DNA of 64,000 bases, taken from assembly GCA_023250195.1 (NCBI GenBank), contig JAHFBF010000004.1, positions 5,675-69,674 on the forward strand, in the 5' to 3' direction. This stretch comes from Candidatus Melainabacteria bacterium (GTDB taxonomy: Bacteria > Cyanobacteriota > Vampirovibrionia > 2-02-FULL-35-15). The position numbers and the translations under genes were made by a program. Shown piece after piece: positions 10,024 to 19,903 of the stretch (positions are counted from its first letter, which is position 1; every line of letters begins with the position of its first letter). The notes beneath the pieces are model-generated. The model was not told where the DNA came from, ran no database searches, and worked only from the letters and a program-made list of their open reading frames with translations.

Positions 10024-10320
10024 ATGAATTTTTTATTTCATATCATTTTGCTAATTATGCTTTGCATGGTACTTAATCCTGTGTTTGCAAATGATCCGGA
10101 TGCTCCTGATATAAATGTGGAAGATAATGCTTTAAGCTCTGATGAACAAAATGATGAAATAACTGATGATGAAGACCAGGACAAAGAATCTTCTTTTAAA
10201 GAGAGAAAAAAACATAAGAAGAAAAAAGAAAAGAAAGTAAATCATGCAAGTCTAAGACCAGGACAGGATAGCGATAAAGATATTATTTTAGAGCTAGATG
10301 AAAAACTAATTGACAATTAA
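10024..10320 (+). CDS. Secreted low-complexity protein (acidic then basic tract)
   Basis: Signal peptide ending VFA; D/E run followed by K run. Confidence 0.6.
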   Translation: MNFLFHIILLIMLCMVLNPVFANDPDAPDINVEDNALSSDEQNDEITDDEDQDKESSFKERKKHKKKKEKKVNHASLRPGQDSDKDIILELDEKLIDN

Positions 10321-10352
10321 AGAATTTTTATAATTCTCAACTATCAATTTTA

Positions 10353-11042
10353 TTAGTCTCTATTCCTGCTTCCAAATAAAATCATTGCCCAGCGAATAAT
10401 TTCAATCAAGCTAAACAGCGCAGCTGCAATATAGGTAAAAGCACATGCCTGTAAAATTTTCTTTGCATTTTCTTTCTCATCTGAAGAAATATAACCAGAG
10501 CCCTCCAGCACTGGTACAGCGCGGGCAAAGCTTGCATCAAGCTCAACAGGTAACGTTATTACCTGAAAAAAGAAAATACCAATGTACATAAACAACCCAA
10601 TCATTGCTGTTAATTTCCAGATTGGACTTGCTAAAAATGCAGTAAGCATTATGCTAAACATAAGCAACATTGGACCAAACTGACAAATTTGAATAACTGG
10701 AGCAACTGCAGTTCTCAATCTCATAAACCCATAATTTTCAGCATCCTGAATAGCATGACCACATTCATGTGCAGCAACAGTTACTGCAGCAAGTGATGTT
10801 CCATTATAAAAATTTTCAGATAATCTTACTGACTTACTCTGTGGATCATAATGGTCACCTTGACTTGTCGCTTCAACGGTAACTGCATTAAGTCCGTGTC
10901 TGTTTAATATTTCCTTTGCAATTTCTGCACCGGTTCTTCCAATTGAGGAAGGTTCATTTGAATATTTATTTAAGATACTTCTAACCCATAGTTGAGGAAG
11001 AATTATTAAAGCTATTCCAGTTATCCATAATAATGTCAGCAT
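10353..11042 (-). CDS. YugP-family neutral zinc metallopeptidase, membrane
   Basis: DHYDP, AAHECGHAIQ, TLPVELDAS, AFTYIAA. Confidence 0.9.
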   Translation of the reverse strand: MLTLLWITGIALIILPQLWVRSILNKYSNEPSSIGRTGAEIAKEILNRHGLNAVTVEATSQGDHYDPQSKSVRLSENFYNGTSLAAVTVAAHECGHAIQDAENYGFMRLRTAVAPVIQICQFGPMLLMFSIMLTAFLASPIWKLTAMIGLFMYIGIFFFQVITLPVELDASFARAVPVLEGSGYISSDEKENAKKILQACAFTYIAAALFSLIEIIRWAMILFGSRNRD

Positions 11043-11082
11043 TTTTGTGAACCTCCATAGTTATATTATACGCAATAACATG

Positions 11083-12036
11083 TCATTCAAACCTGTCCCC
11101 AATTTTTATTCTGGCCCCATTCACCCAATCTTTAGCATTAATGATTTCTTTGTTTTCTGATTGTAATTTGTATATGTTTATGAAATCGTCACTTGTTTTT
11201 ACCTTTAGAGAATTAGAAATTTCTACAATCGTTCCGGGAGGAATATTTTGTGAATTCGCCACAGTAGAGTCGTTGCATGCAACGACTCTACTATCCCAAA
11301 TCTTTATTACCTTCCCATTGAAATGTGTAAACGCTGAAGGCCATGGCTGCAGTCCGCGAATTTGATTGTGAATTTTTTCTGAATTTTGATTCCAGTCTAT
11401 CAATCCAAGTTCTTTTTTTAACATTGGTGCTTTTGTTGCTTTTGAGTTGTCCTGTGGAATAAATTTTGCTTTTTTATCTCTTACAAGTTCAAGTGCTTTA
11501 ATAAGAGCACCTGCTCCAAGTAGACTTAAATTTTTTGACAGATCGATTGAAGTTTCATTTTCATCTATATTATATTTTTCCTGAAGAATTACAGGGCCTG
11601 AATCTAAACCAAGTTCTGTTTTCATAATTGATATGCCTGTTTCTTTTTCACCATTTAAAATTGCCCAGTTGATTGGAGCTGCCCCCCTGTATTTTGGTAA
11701 AAGAGATGCATGAACATTAATAGCTCCATCCGGAGTAATATTTAAGATTTCTTCGGATAATATTTGTCCAAATGCACAAGTTATTAAAACATCCGGCTTT
11801 AGTTCTTTTATTTTTTGTATAACTTCTGATTCTTTTGAAATTCTCCTGCACTGCAAAATTGGTAAGCTCTTTTGAAGCGCTAATTTTTTTATTGGTGGCT
11901 CCTGTACTTTTTTCCCACGACCAGCTTCTTTGTCAGTTTGAGTACAGATAGCAAGCACCTGAACCCATGGGGTTTTTAATAAAGTTTCTAACGGAGCAAC
12001 TGCAAACTCTGGTGTACCTAAAAAAATTGTTTTCAT
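11083..12036 (-). CDS. fmt: Methionyl-tRNA formyltransferase
   Basis: FLGTPEFA, INVHASLLPKYRGAAPI, LDSG, IRGLQPWP. Confidence 0.97.
   Translation of the reverse strand: MKTIFLGTPEFAVAPLETLLKTPWVQVLAICTQTDKEAGRGKKVQEPPIKKLALQKSLPILQCRRISKESEVIQKIKELKPDVLITCAFGQILSEEILNITPDGAINVHASLLPKYRGAAPINWAILNGEKETGISIMKTELGLDSGPVILQEKYNIDENETSIDLSKNLSLLGAGALIKALELVRDKKAKFIPQDNSKATKAPMLKKELGLIDWNQNSEKIHNQIRGLQPWPSAFTHFNGKVIKIWDSRVVACNDSTVANSQNIPPGTIVEISNSLKVKTSDDFINIYKLQSENKEIINAKDWVNGARIKIGDRFE
11264..11291. repeat. Perfect 28-bp GTAG palindrome, in frame in fmt
   Basis: gtagagtcgttgcatgcaacgactctac; encodes SRVVACNDST. Confidence 0.9.
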
Positions 12037-12252
12037 TTCAAATTCCTTAACCCAAGGTCTTAATTATAGATTTACTTATCACAATGTGCAAACTTTGAAG
12101 AAATGTTAACAAAAGAGAAGGTTAAATATTATTTTTTCATAAATTTACTTATTTAAAATGCCCTCCTACAAAGATAATAAGTACTAATTAGACAAGCGGA
12201 AACAATTTCAGAAATCAATATATTTTTGGAGATTTAATAAGCATTTAAAATT

Positions 12253-13332
12253 ATGTCACCATCTACAGCTATTGGTTCAGGGATAAGAGGAGCTCCTCCC
12301 GGGACTTCAAATGGCCTTGTATCACAAAGAGATAATTTCAAAGAAGGAGAAGTTCTTCATAAACCCCTTCAGAAATTTTTTAAAGAGGTAAATGGAGCAC
12401 CGCTTAAAGTTACAAAAGCTGTTTGGGGACTGACTCCTATCATTCAGGCAATTGGACTTGTAAATGAAAGTGCCGGGAAATTAGCAAGGGCTTTTTATGG
12501 TGTTTGCTGGGCAATTGTTTACTCATGTTACAGACCATGGGCTGATGACAGACATTCATTGCCTGAACATGGCGGGTTAGAAAAAATTCCAGAAGGTTAT
12601 AGGACTCTTTATAATGCAAATGAACATTTCAGAGTAGGGATGGGAACCGCTGTCAGCGCTGTATATGGAGGCGGTGCACTTGGAATGCTGTATTCATGGT
12701 TTAAAGGTGATGATGATCTTTTTGATAAATCTGCCAATGTCTATCAGATGGGGATGCTTAATCAAAACCAGGTATTTGCTTCTATGAATTTTACAGAAGT
12801 TCTAAGAAGAAAATTTATCCATCCTGATCATTTGAAAGACTTTGAAAAAAGTGATAAAAACGCAAAAGCAAAAGTAGAAAAAATTGACTCTTATTTATTT
12901 ATTCCAAGTATTATTACAAGAGGTCTGGATACATGCAGATTATTTGGAGCAGAGTTTGGTGAAAACACTCAGAAGATTATAAATGTTTTCTCATATGCAG
13001 GTTATGGTACGTGGGCAACAAGGTTTGGATTACTTAAACAAACTGAAGACAAAGGTGTTAAAGGGGTTTTACTAGATGAACCAAATCCGGATTTACAGGG
13101 CAGTGTAAAAAAAGCTGATGATATTCTTTATAACACTCAAAAATACGGAGCAAAAGTTTTTCATACAGTTTTACCAGGACTTTCATGGTTATCAGCAGGG
13201 GCAGAATTATTTGGATTTAGAGAATTTGCAGAAAAATCATTCAAACTGGAAGGAATACTTGAGAGATTAAATCCTGCAATTGCCTCATGGTGTGTTAGAA
13301 ATACATGGATAAGATTGTTTGAGAAGAAATGA
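12253..13332 (+). CDS. Hypothetical protein with moderately hydrophobic segments
   Basis: 359-aa ORF, no recognised motif. Confidence 0.7.
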   Translation: MSPSTAIGSGIRGAPPGTSNGLVSQRDNFKEGEVLHKPLQKFFKEVNGAPLKVTKAVWGLTPIIQAIGLVNESAGKLARAFYGVCWAIVYSCYRPWADDRHSLPEHGGLEKIPEGYRTLYNANEHFRVGMGTAVSAVYGGGALGMLYSWFKGDDDLFDKSANVYQMGMLNQNQVFASMNFTEVLRRKFIHPDHLKDFEKSDKNAKAKVEKIDSYLFIPSIITRGLDTCRLFGAEFGENTQKIINVFSYAGYGTWATRFGLLKQTEDKGVKGVLLDEPNPDLQGSVKKADDILYNTQKYGAKVFHTVLPGLSWLSAGAELFGFREFAEKSFKLEGILERLNPAIASWCVRNTWIRLFEKK

Positions 13333-13336
13333 TAAT

Positions 13337-13371
13337 TGTAGTAGAGACGAGGTAACCTCGTCTCTACTACA
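13337..13371. repeat. Intergenic GTAG palindrome
   Basis: tgtagtagagacgaggtaacctcgtctctactaca. Confidence 0.9.
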
Positions 13372-13420
13372 GACCGTTGTATAATGTTTTTAAATGATCA
13401 ATCAATCTGGATATTAAACT

Positions 13421-14446
13421 GTGATAAAAAAAGAAATAGAAGAGATAATAAATAAAACAAATATAACAAAACCAGAAGATATTGATATTGAGATTTTAAA
13501 AAAGAGAGATTTTAAGTGGAGTAGAAAAAGTCTTCTATCCACCAGAGATTTACTAAAAGAAGAAATTGATCTTATTGTTACGAGTGCAAAGTCTTTTTCT
13601 GAAATTCTTGCAAGATCTGTTAAAAAAGTACCTACGCTTCGGGGCAAAGTAATAATTAATTTGTTTTATGAAAACAGTACAAGAACAAGATCCAGCTTTG
13701 AACTTGCAGGAAAATATTTATCTGGAGATGTGACAAATTTTTCTGTTTCTACTTCATCAGTAAAAAAAGGCGAAACTCTTCAGGATACTGCTCAGACACT
13801 TATACAAATGGGTGCAGATGCAGTAATTATCAGACATCAGCACTCAGGAATTCCATTTCAGCTTGCAAAATTAATGCCTGACAACATCTCACTGATAAAC
13901 GCCGGTGACGGAACAAACGAACATCCTACACAGGCTCTTTTAGATTTATACACAATAAAAGAAGTTTTAGATAATTTAAGCGGAAGAAAAATCGTAATTG
14001 TCGGGGATATTTTACACAGTAGAGTAGCCAGATCAAATATATGGCTTTTACAAAAAATGGGAATGGATATTCATGTGTGTGGTCCATCAACCCTTCTGCC
14101 AAAAAGTTTTGCAGATTATGGTGTAAAAGTCCACTGGAATTTAAAAGATGCTATTAAGGATGCAGACATAGTAATGGTGCTCAGGCTGCAGATAGAAAGA
14201 CAGACTAAAGGTTTAATTCCATCACTTGATGAATATCACAGATTGTTTGGACTTGATCATGAAAAGATAAAATTAGCCAGCAAGAACGTCAAGCTTTTAC
14301 ATCCTGGACCAATGAATAGAGGAGTAGAAATTACTTCAGAGCTTGCAGATGATGAGAACTATTCTTTAATTAACAAACAGGTTTCAAACGGGGTATCAAT
14401 CAGAATGGCTCTTTTATATCTGTTAATATTTGCGGCAGGGAGATAA
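13421..14446 (+). CDS. pyrB: Aspartate carbamoyltransferase catalytic subunit
   Basis: FYENSTRTRSSFE, KGETL, NAGDG..EHPTQALLD, HPGPMNRG. Confidence 0.97.
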   Translation: MIKKEIEEIINKTNITKPEDIDIEILKKRDFKWSRKSLLSTRDLLKEEIDLIVTSAKSFSEILARSVKKVPTLRGKVIINLFYENSTRTRSSFELAGKYLSGDVTNFSVSTSSVKKGETLQDTAQTLIQMGADAVIIRHQHSGIPFQLAKLMPDNISLINAGDGTNEHPTQALLDLYTIKEVLDNLSGRKIVIVGDILHSRVARSNIWLLQKMGMDIHVCGPSTLLPKSFADYGVKVHWNLKDAIKDADIVMVLRLQIERQTKGLIPSLDEYHRLFGLDHEKIKLASKNVKLLHPGPMNRGVEITSELADDENYSLINKQVSNGVSIRMALLYLLIFAAGR

Positions 14447-16011
14447 TGTCTACTTACGAATCCTACGCTGAATACTACCACGATCAAACCAAATACACTC
14501 CTGAAGGTATTGCATCAAATCAGCACAGGCTGGACTTTGACAAACAGCCGACTCCATTTAAAGAATATAGAAATAAAAAAATAATTGATGTCTCTCATCT
14601 CTTGCCAATTGAAAGAAATCCTTTTTCAGATGTTGGGATAAAAAATCCAACCGAATTTAGTGATCTGGAAAAATCCTTAGCTGAATTATCCAAGATTTTA
14701 TATTTTTCAAACGGAATCACGGCAATGATACCGTATAATGAAACACCATTTTATATGCGTGCAAACCCATCTGCAGGCGGACTTTATCCCACGGAGATTT
14801 ATGTTTTAGCCAATGGCTATAAAGGGCTTGAAGACGGTCTTTATAACTATCAGGTCTTGAAGCAGGGACTTGCATTAATCCAAAAAGGTGATTTAAAGAA
14901 AAAATTAATTGAAGCTACGTTTGATCACCCGGTACTTGCTGGTAAAGACGAGGTAACCTCGTCTTTACAATTAATTTTGACAGGAGTATTCTTCAGGAGT
15001 TCCTGGAGATATCAAGACAGAGCTTATAGAAGGATTTGTCTGGATACAGGACATATTTTAGGGAATATTGATTTGCTTAGTTTCCCAAGTAATTTTAAAG
15101 CAGTTTTAATTGGTGGGTTTAATGACAAACTGGTAAATGAGATTTTATGTCTTGAAGAAGACGAAGAACAAGCGCTTGCAGTTATTGCATTAATCGATAA
15201 AAATATCGGAGGGAATTGTCGCGACAATTCCCTGCACCCAGCGGCATTGCCTTCAAAGCTTGATAATCACGATATCAAAACTCCTGAGGGAGGAAGGCTT
15301 TTACAACTTCACAACAGATCAAAGATAGAAAACTTTGTAAAAGTACCGAATATAGCGCTTGTAGATATTGAAGAAAAATTTAAGTTCTCTTCAAAAGTAC
15401 CGCTTGAAGAAAAAATACATGAACATAGATGGCATGAAACACTCTTACCAACAATTTTAAAGCGCAGATCTACCAGAGCTTTTTCAGGTGAGCCTCTTAC
15501 AAAAGAGGAGCTAAATGCAATTTTAGATTTTACATATCATCCGGAATCGTTTTATGCTGATGGACTAGATCCAGATCCAATGTATTTTGACCTTTCATTA
15601 ATTGAAACTTTTATAGCAGTAAATGATGTAGATGGGCTTGAAGAAGGCTGTTATTATTATTCAAAAAAAGGCAGATATTTAAGACAGGTCAGATTTAAAA
15701 ATTTTAGAGAGGAAGTTTACTACTTATGTTTAGGTCAGGAACTTGGATATAAAGCAAGTGCTGTAATTTTTCATACGTGTGATTTACCAAAGTCAATATT
15801 TAAATATGGAGAAAGAGCCTATCGTTATATACACATGGATGCAGGACATCTTGGTCAGAGGATTAACCTTGCAGCAATTAATTTAAGCCTTGGGGTAAGC
15901 GGAATAGGTGGATTTTTTGATGATAATGTAAATGAAATTTTAGGAATTCCTGAAGATGAAGCAGTTGTTTATATAACCACTCTGGGGATACCAGCAAAGC
16001 CCTCCAGTTAA
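14446..16011 (+). CDS. SagB/ThcOx-type tandem nitroreductase-fold oxidoreductase
   Basis: YHDQTK, RANPSAGGLYP, WRYQDRAYR..LDTGH, second copy RRSTR...RAYRY..MDAGH. Confidence 0.9.
   Translation: MSTYESYAEYYHDQTKYTPEGIASNQHRLDFDKQPTPFKEYRNKKIIDVSHLLPIERNPFSDVGIKNPTEFSDLEKSLAELSKILYFSNGITAMIPYNETPFYMRANPSAGGLYPTEIYVLANGYKGLEDGLYNYQVLKQGLALIQKGDLKKKLIEATFDHPVLAGKDEVTSSLQLILTGVFFRSSWRYQDRAYRRICLDTGHILGNIDLLSFPSNFKAVLIGGFNDKLVNEILCLEEDEEQALAVIALIDKNIGGNCRDNSLHPAALPSKLDNHDIKTPEGGRLLQLHNRSKIENFVKVPNIALVDIEEKFKFSSKVPLEEKIHEHRWHETLLPTILKRRSTRAFSGEPLTKEELNAILDFTYHPESFYADGLDPDPMYFDLSLIETFIAVNDVDGLEEGCYYYSKKGRYLRQVRFKNFREEVYYLCLGQELGYKASAVIFHTCDLPKSIFKYGERAYRYIHMDAGHLGQRINLAAINLSLGVSGIGGFFDDNVNEILGIPEDEAVVYITTLGIPAKPSS
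14942..14968. repeat. GTAG-type palindrome, in frame in nitroreductase gene
   Basis: gtaaagacgaggtaacctcgtctttac (GKDEVTSSLQ); second palindrome at 15210-15233 (GGNCRDNSL). Confidence 0.85.
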
Positions 16012-16082
16012 AATGCTAAGACAAAATAATAGACTATTCGTAATTTATCGGTTATAGTATTTCTTCATAGAAGATAAAATCT

Positions 16083-17495
16083 ATGGAAACATTAGCAAAA
16101 AAATCAAAACCTGAAATCAGCAAATCAAAATTTGAAACTTTTATGAGGCCCATACCATATCTGCCACATACAAATGAAGATCGCAGACAAATGCTTGATT
16201 TTCTTGGCATTAATTCAATGGATGATTTGCTAAAAAGCATCCCTAAAGAATTGAGGGATTTTGAACTTAATCTACCAAACGGGAAATCAGAAATTGAAAT
16301 TACTGAAGAGTTTCGTAAACTTTCCAATAAAAATGTATCTCTAACAGAACAGATCTCATTCTGTGGTGGAGGTGTATACCACCGGTACATTCCAAGTGTT
16401 GTCGGAGAAATACTTTCAAAAGGTGAGTTTTATACAGCTTATACACCTTATCAGCCTGAAGTTAGTCAGGGGACTTTACAGGCTATATATGAATTTCAAA
16501 GTTTAATTTGTAATCTTACCGGAATGGATGCAGCAAATGCTTCTGTATATGATGGTTCAACTGCTGTTATCGAAGCTGCACTAATGTCCTGTAGAATAAC
16601 AAAAAGGAAGAAAATTCTTGTAGCAAAAAACATTAATCCTGAAGCCCTCCAAGTTTGCAGAACATACTCGTGGGGCTTAAATCTTGAATTGAAGTTTGTT
16701 GATTTTAATAATGGAGTTGTTGATTTGGAAAAATTAAAATCACAGGTAGATGAAGAAACCGCATGTCTTGTAATTTCATATCCTAACTTTGCAGGTTGTA
16801 TTGAACCAGTTTCCAAAATTGCTGAGATTGTTCACAACAAAGGTGCTTTACTTGTATCTAATATCGAGCTTATAAGTCTGGCAATATTAAAATCCCCAAG
16901 AGATTTAGGTATAGATATAGCTGTAGGAGATGGACAAGCGTTAGGAAATTTTTCTAATTATGGAGGACCTCATGTAGGTTTTATAAGTTGTTTAAAAGAT
17001 CTGGTCAGGCAATTACCTGGAAGAATTGTTGGGCTTACAAAGGATGTTGAGGGAAAAAGAGCATTTACCCTGACTTTACAAACCCGAGAACAACACATAA
17101 GACGTGAACATGCTACAAGTAATATTTGTACGAATCAATCCCTTAATGCTTTGGCTGTATTGGTTTATCTGGCATATATGGGACCGCATGGTTTAAAGAG
17201 GGTAGCTGAAATCTCATTAAATCGAGCTCATTATTTAGCTGAAAAGCTTACTAAAAATATTAAAAACTGCAAACTTGCATTTAATACGCCGTTCTTTAAT
17301 GAATTTGTGCTTGAAATACCCATAAATACATCAAAGTTAATAGATGCTTTATCAAAAGAAAATATACTGCCGGGGCTTGACTTAAATGGAATTGATGGAT
17401 ATAAAACAAACCAGGTACTTATATCGGTTACTGAGATGAATAGTATGGAACAAGTAGATTATTTTGTAGAGAGATTAAAAAAATTATTTTTATAG
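16083..17495 (+). CDS. gcvPA: Glycine dehydrogenase (decarboxylating) subunit 1
   Basis: YTAYTPYQPEVSQGTLQ, NASVYDG, QTREQHIRRE.ATSNICTNQ. Confidence 0.95.
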   Translation: METLAKKSKPEISKSKFETFMRPIPYLPHTNEDRRQMLDFLGINSMDDLLKSIPKELRDFELNLPNGKSEIEITEEFRKLSNKNVSLTEQISFCGGGVYHRYIPSVVGEILSKGEFYTAYTPYQPEVSQGTLQAIYEFQSLICNLTGMDAANASVYDGSTAVIEAALMSCRITKRKKILVAKNINPEALQVCRTYSWGLNLELKFVDFNNGVVDLEKLKSQVDEETACLVISYPNFAGCIEPVSKIAEIVHNKGALLVSNIELISLAILKSPRDLGIDIAVGDGQALGNFSNYGGPHVGFISCLKDLVRQLPGRIVGLTKDVEGKRAFTLTLQTREQHIRREHATSNICTNQSLNALAVLVYLAYMGPHGLKRVAEISLNRAHYLAEKLTKNIKNCKLAFNTPFFNEFVLEIPINTSKLIDALSKENILPGLDLNGIDGYKTNQVLISVTEMNSMEQVDYFVERLKKLFL

Positions 17496-17506
17496 TGGAG
17501 GATTAA

Positions 17507-17713
17507 ATGGGGATAAGCAAAACAAATATTGTGGATATAGCATCTGACTGGTCTCTTGAATCAGGTGAATTAAAAAATGCAATTGGTCGTGCACTTATGG
17601 CAATTAGCGATGCGATAGATTCTATGGAAGCACAGAATGATGATGACATAGTGGATGGGCTGGAAGAAATTGCAAGTGAATTGTTTGAGTTAGTGGAAGA
17701 GCAGGAAGAGTAA
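17507..17713 (+). CDS. Small acidic hypothetical protein
   Basis: GGAGG RBS, 68 aa. Confidence 0.65.
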   Translation: MGISKTNIVDIASDWSLESGELKNAIGRALMAISDAIDSMEAQNDDDIVDGLEEIASELFELVEEQEE

Positions 17714-17823
17714 GTTATAGTAAGGATTCTAAGCGAGGATTTTCATAACCGAAAATCCGAGTGCGTAAGATAAGACTCTAATAGCTAAGGAATCTGTGTA
17801 GCAGTTCCGAAGCATTATAAATA
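17714..17823 (+). repeat. Two-hairpin element flanked by a 17-bp direct repeat
   Basis: AAGAGCAGGAAGAGTAA at 17697-17713 and 17824-17840; internal ggattttc...gaaaatcc and ggaatctgtgtagcagttccgaagcattataa. Confidence 0.75.
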
Positions 17824-17842
17824 AAGAGCAGGAAGAGTAAAT

Positions 17843-18421
17843 TTAAATTGGTTTCTTATTTGCCAGTCTTGTCAGCAGAATCATTCCAATTAAATTATTT
17901 ACAAAGTGTGCTGTAATAGGCAGCCACAGAGAATTTGATAGAAAGAAAAGATATGCAAACACTGCTGCAGAGCCAGTTGCCCATACTGCATAAATCCAGT
18001 ATCTTTTCCCGGGAAAATGTAAAGCACCAAACGCAAGACTGGATAAAATGATTCCAACTTTTGGAAAAATAAGTCCTCTAAAAAACACTTCTTCATTAAA
18101 TCCTGATATAAATGATAATAATACAAGATCTATTAATTTTAAATTTTTAAATGTCGGGGAAAGAACCTGCTCAAACAGCTCAACTGCTTCATAAAATTTT
18201 TTAGTTTTCTTTGCAAAATAATAAAATCCATAACCAGCCAAAGCGAATCCAAGACCTGTTAATAAACCTTCTAATAGAATTAGAAAACTAAAGTTAAAAT
18301 ATTTGGAAACATTGTCCTTTGGAAAAAAGAAAATCCATAATGTTGAGATCAATAATAGTGCTATCTGAGGAGTTATAACCATCCAGAGTGTTTTTTTTCT
18401 TGTAAGTTCAGGTCTATGCAT
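17843..18421 (-). CDS. CPBP (Abi/CAAX) family intramembrane metalloprotease
   Basis: EEVFFRG, FGALH, HFVNN. Confidence 0.9.
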   Translation of the reverse strand: MHRPELTRKKTLWMVITPQIALLLISTLWIFFFPKDNVSKYFNFSFLILLEGLLTGLGFALAGYGFYYFAKKTKKFYEAVELFEQVLSPTFKNLKLIDLVLLSFISGFNEEVFFRGLIFPKVGIILSSLAFGALHFPGKRYWIYAVWATGSAAVFAYLFFLSNSLWLPITAHFVNNLIGMILLTRLANKKPI

Positions 18422-19298
18422 AGAGTATTTTTTTTGGTTTAAGCATGCAGTTCTCTGTTAACAAACCAATACCGATTAATCTATCATTGTTATCCAATAT
18501 TTGTAAGTTTTTGTTTATGCTTGTCATAAAAGAGGATGAAATCTTTATCTCCCGACCATGAACTATCTCAATTATTTGCTCAGAATCTATGGATAATTTT
18601 TCAAGTCCTAATATTTCTTGAGGCAAAATTAAATGCTTAGAGATATTGCTGCTATTTATTAATTCAGGACTTATACTAGTCTCAATTAAAAGTTTATTTC
18701 CAATTTTTATTCTTTCAAGTTTTGATAACATTGCACAGGTATTAAGAATATTTCCAAGATCTCGTGCAATTGATCTTATATATGTACCGCTTGAACAATG
18801 GATTTTCAACTGTAGGTATCGGTCTTGACTAGCACCTACAGTAATTGAATAAATCTCAACTTCACGTTTTTTAAGATCATCAGTTGAAAGTTGGTTTTCA
18901 CGAGCTAATTTATATGCCCTTGTACCATTAATATTTATTGCTGAAAATGCCGGTGGCTTTTGTTTTATTTTCCCGATAAAGTGTTTTAATTTTTCCGTTA
19001 TTTCATTAATTGATGGGATATATTCCGATTTTTTTATAACTTTGCCAGTAATATCATCTGTATCAGTCCCAATTCCAAAGGTAACTTCAGCTAAATAAAC
19101 TTTATCTGAAGGTAAATACTCAAATAACCTTGTAGCATTACCAATACCAATTAATAAAACCCCGGTTGCAAATGGATCAAGTGTACCGCTGTGTCCTATT
19201 TTTTTAATGCCAAGAGATTTGCGCAGCATCGCAACAACGTCATGGGAAGTACAGTCAGCAGGTTTGTTTATGTTTAGGAATCCAAAGAAATCTAGCAT
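18414..19298 (-). CDS. truB: tRNA pseudouridine(55) synthase
   Basis: KP...TSHD, GHSGTLDPFATG, PPAFSA, CSSGTYIRS; start moved to MLDFFG because the upstream codons lie in a repeat. Confidence 0.96.
   Translation of the reverse strand: MLDFFGFLNINKPADCTSHDVVAMLRKSLGIKKIGHSGTLDPFATGVLLIGIGNATRLFEYLPSDKVYLAEVTFGIGTDTDDITGKVIKKSEYIPSINEITEKLKHFIGKIKQKPPAFSAININGTRAYKLARENQLSTDDLKKREVEIYSITVGASQDRYLQLKIHCSSGTYIRSIARDLGNILNTCAMLSKLERIKIGNKLLIETSISPELINSSNISKHLILPQEILGLEKLSIDSEQIIEIVHGREIKISSSFMTSINKNLQILDNNDRLIGIGLLTENCMLKPKKILYA
18812..18839. repeat. Degenerate 28-bp GTAG palindrome, in frame in truB
   Basis: gtaggtatcggtcttgactagcacctac; encodes VGASQDRYL. Confidence 0.7.
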
Positions 19299-19317
19299 AA
19301 AATTTATTATAGTACTT

Positions 19318-19396
19318 GTCATTCCCAACTTGATTGGGAATCCAGATTATGAATTAAACGTAACACATACTGGATTCTCGCTTCCGCGGGAATGAC
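19318..19396. repeat. GTCATTCC-type paired palindromic repeat
   Basis: gtcattcccaacttgattgggaatccag...ctggattctcgcttccgcgggaatgac; similar at 34392, 48759, 54591, 57856. Confidence 0.85.
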
Positions 19397-19404
19397 AAGA
19401 AATA

Positions 19405-19764
19405 TTACAATTCATCCCGCTTAATCTTTTCAAGCAATTCAGTAATCCTGTTTCCACGCTCTAATGAATCATCCAGGGCAAAAGTAAGTTCCGGAGCAAA
19501 TCTTATTCCTAATCTTCGACAAATTTCTCCCCTTAAGAAACCGGCAGCACTCTCAAGCGCAGCAAGAGTACCAACTCTCTGAGCCTCTTCTCCATAAACA
19601 CTAAAATAAACCTTTACATTACGCAAATCACCGGACACTTCAACATCAGTTATAGATACTAATCCACCAATTCTGTCATCCTTAATTTCATTTCTTTGAA
19701 TTATTTCGGAAAGCTCTCTTTTGATTTGTTGACTGATTCTGTCAGAACGATTATATGATTTCAT
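19405..19764 (-). CDS. rbfA: Ribosome-binding factor A
   Basis: IKDDRI, VEVSGDL..VKVY, IRFAPELTFALD; lies after infB. Confidence 0.95.
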   Translation of the reverse strand: MKSYNRSDRISQQIKRELSEIIQRNEIKDDRIGGLVSITDVEVSGDLRNVKVYFSVYGEEAQRVGTLAALESAAGFLRGEICRRLGIRFAPELTFALDDSLERGNRITELLEKIKRDEL

Positions 19765-19789
19765 TTTTAAATCCTCTTCAATATTCTAT

Positions 19790-19895
19790 GTCATTCTGAA
19801 TCCATTCACTTTGCTCAGGATAAACTCCGTGAAGAATCTCTGTTGACTGATAACATTTGGCTGAGATTCTTCGTCATTACATTCCTCAGAATGAC
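19790..19895. repeat. GTCATTCTGA-type paired repeat
   Basis: gtcattctgaa...gtgaagaatctc...gagattcttc...ctcagaatgac; similar at 27109, 32628 and a half copy at 62910. Confidence 0.85.
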
Positions 19896-19903
19896 ATAAT
19901 CAT

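Noticed and set aside
14446..16011. SagB-like gene as part of a thiazole/oxazole RiPP cluster
   Set aside because: No YcaO, E1-like protein or precursor peptide nearby; it is coupled to pyrB, like stand-alone tandem nitroreductases.
16083..17495. gcvPA without adjacent gcvPB
   Set aside because: Dispersed gcv genes are common; the partner may lie outside the window.
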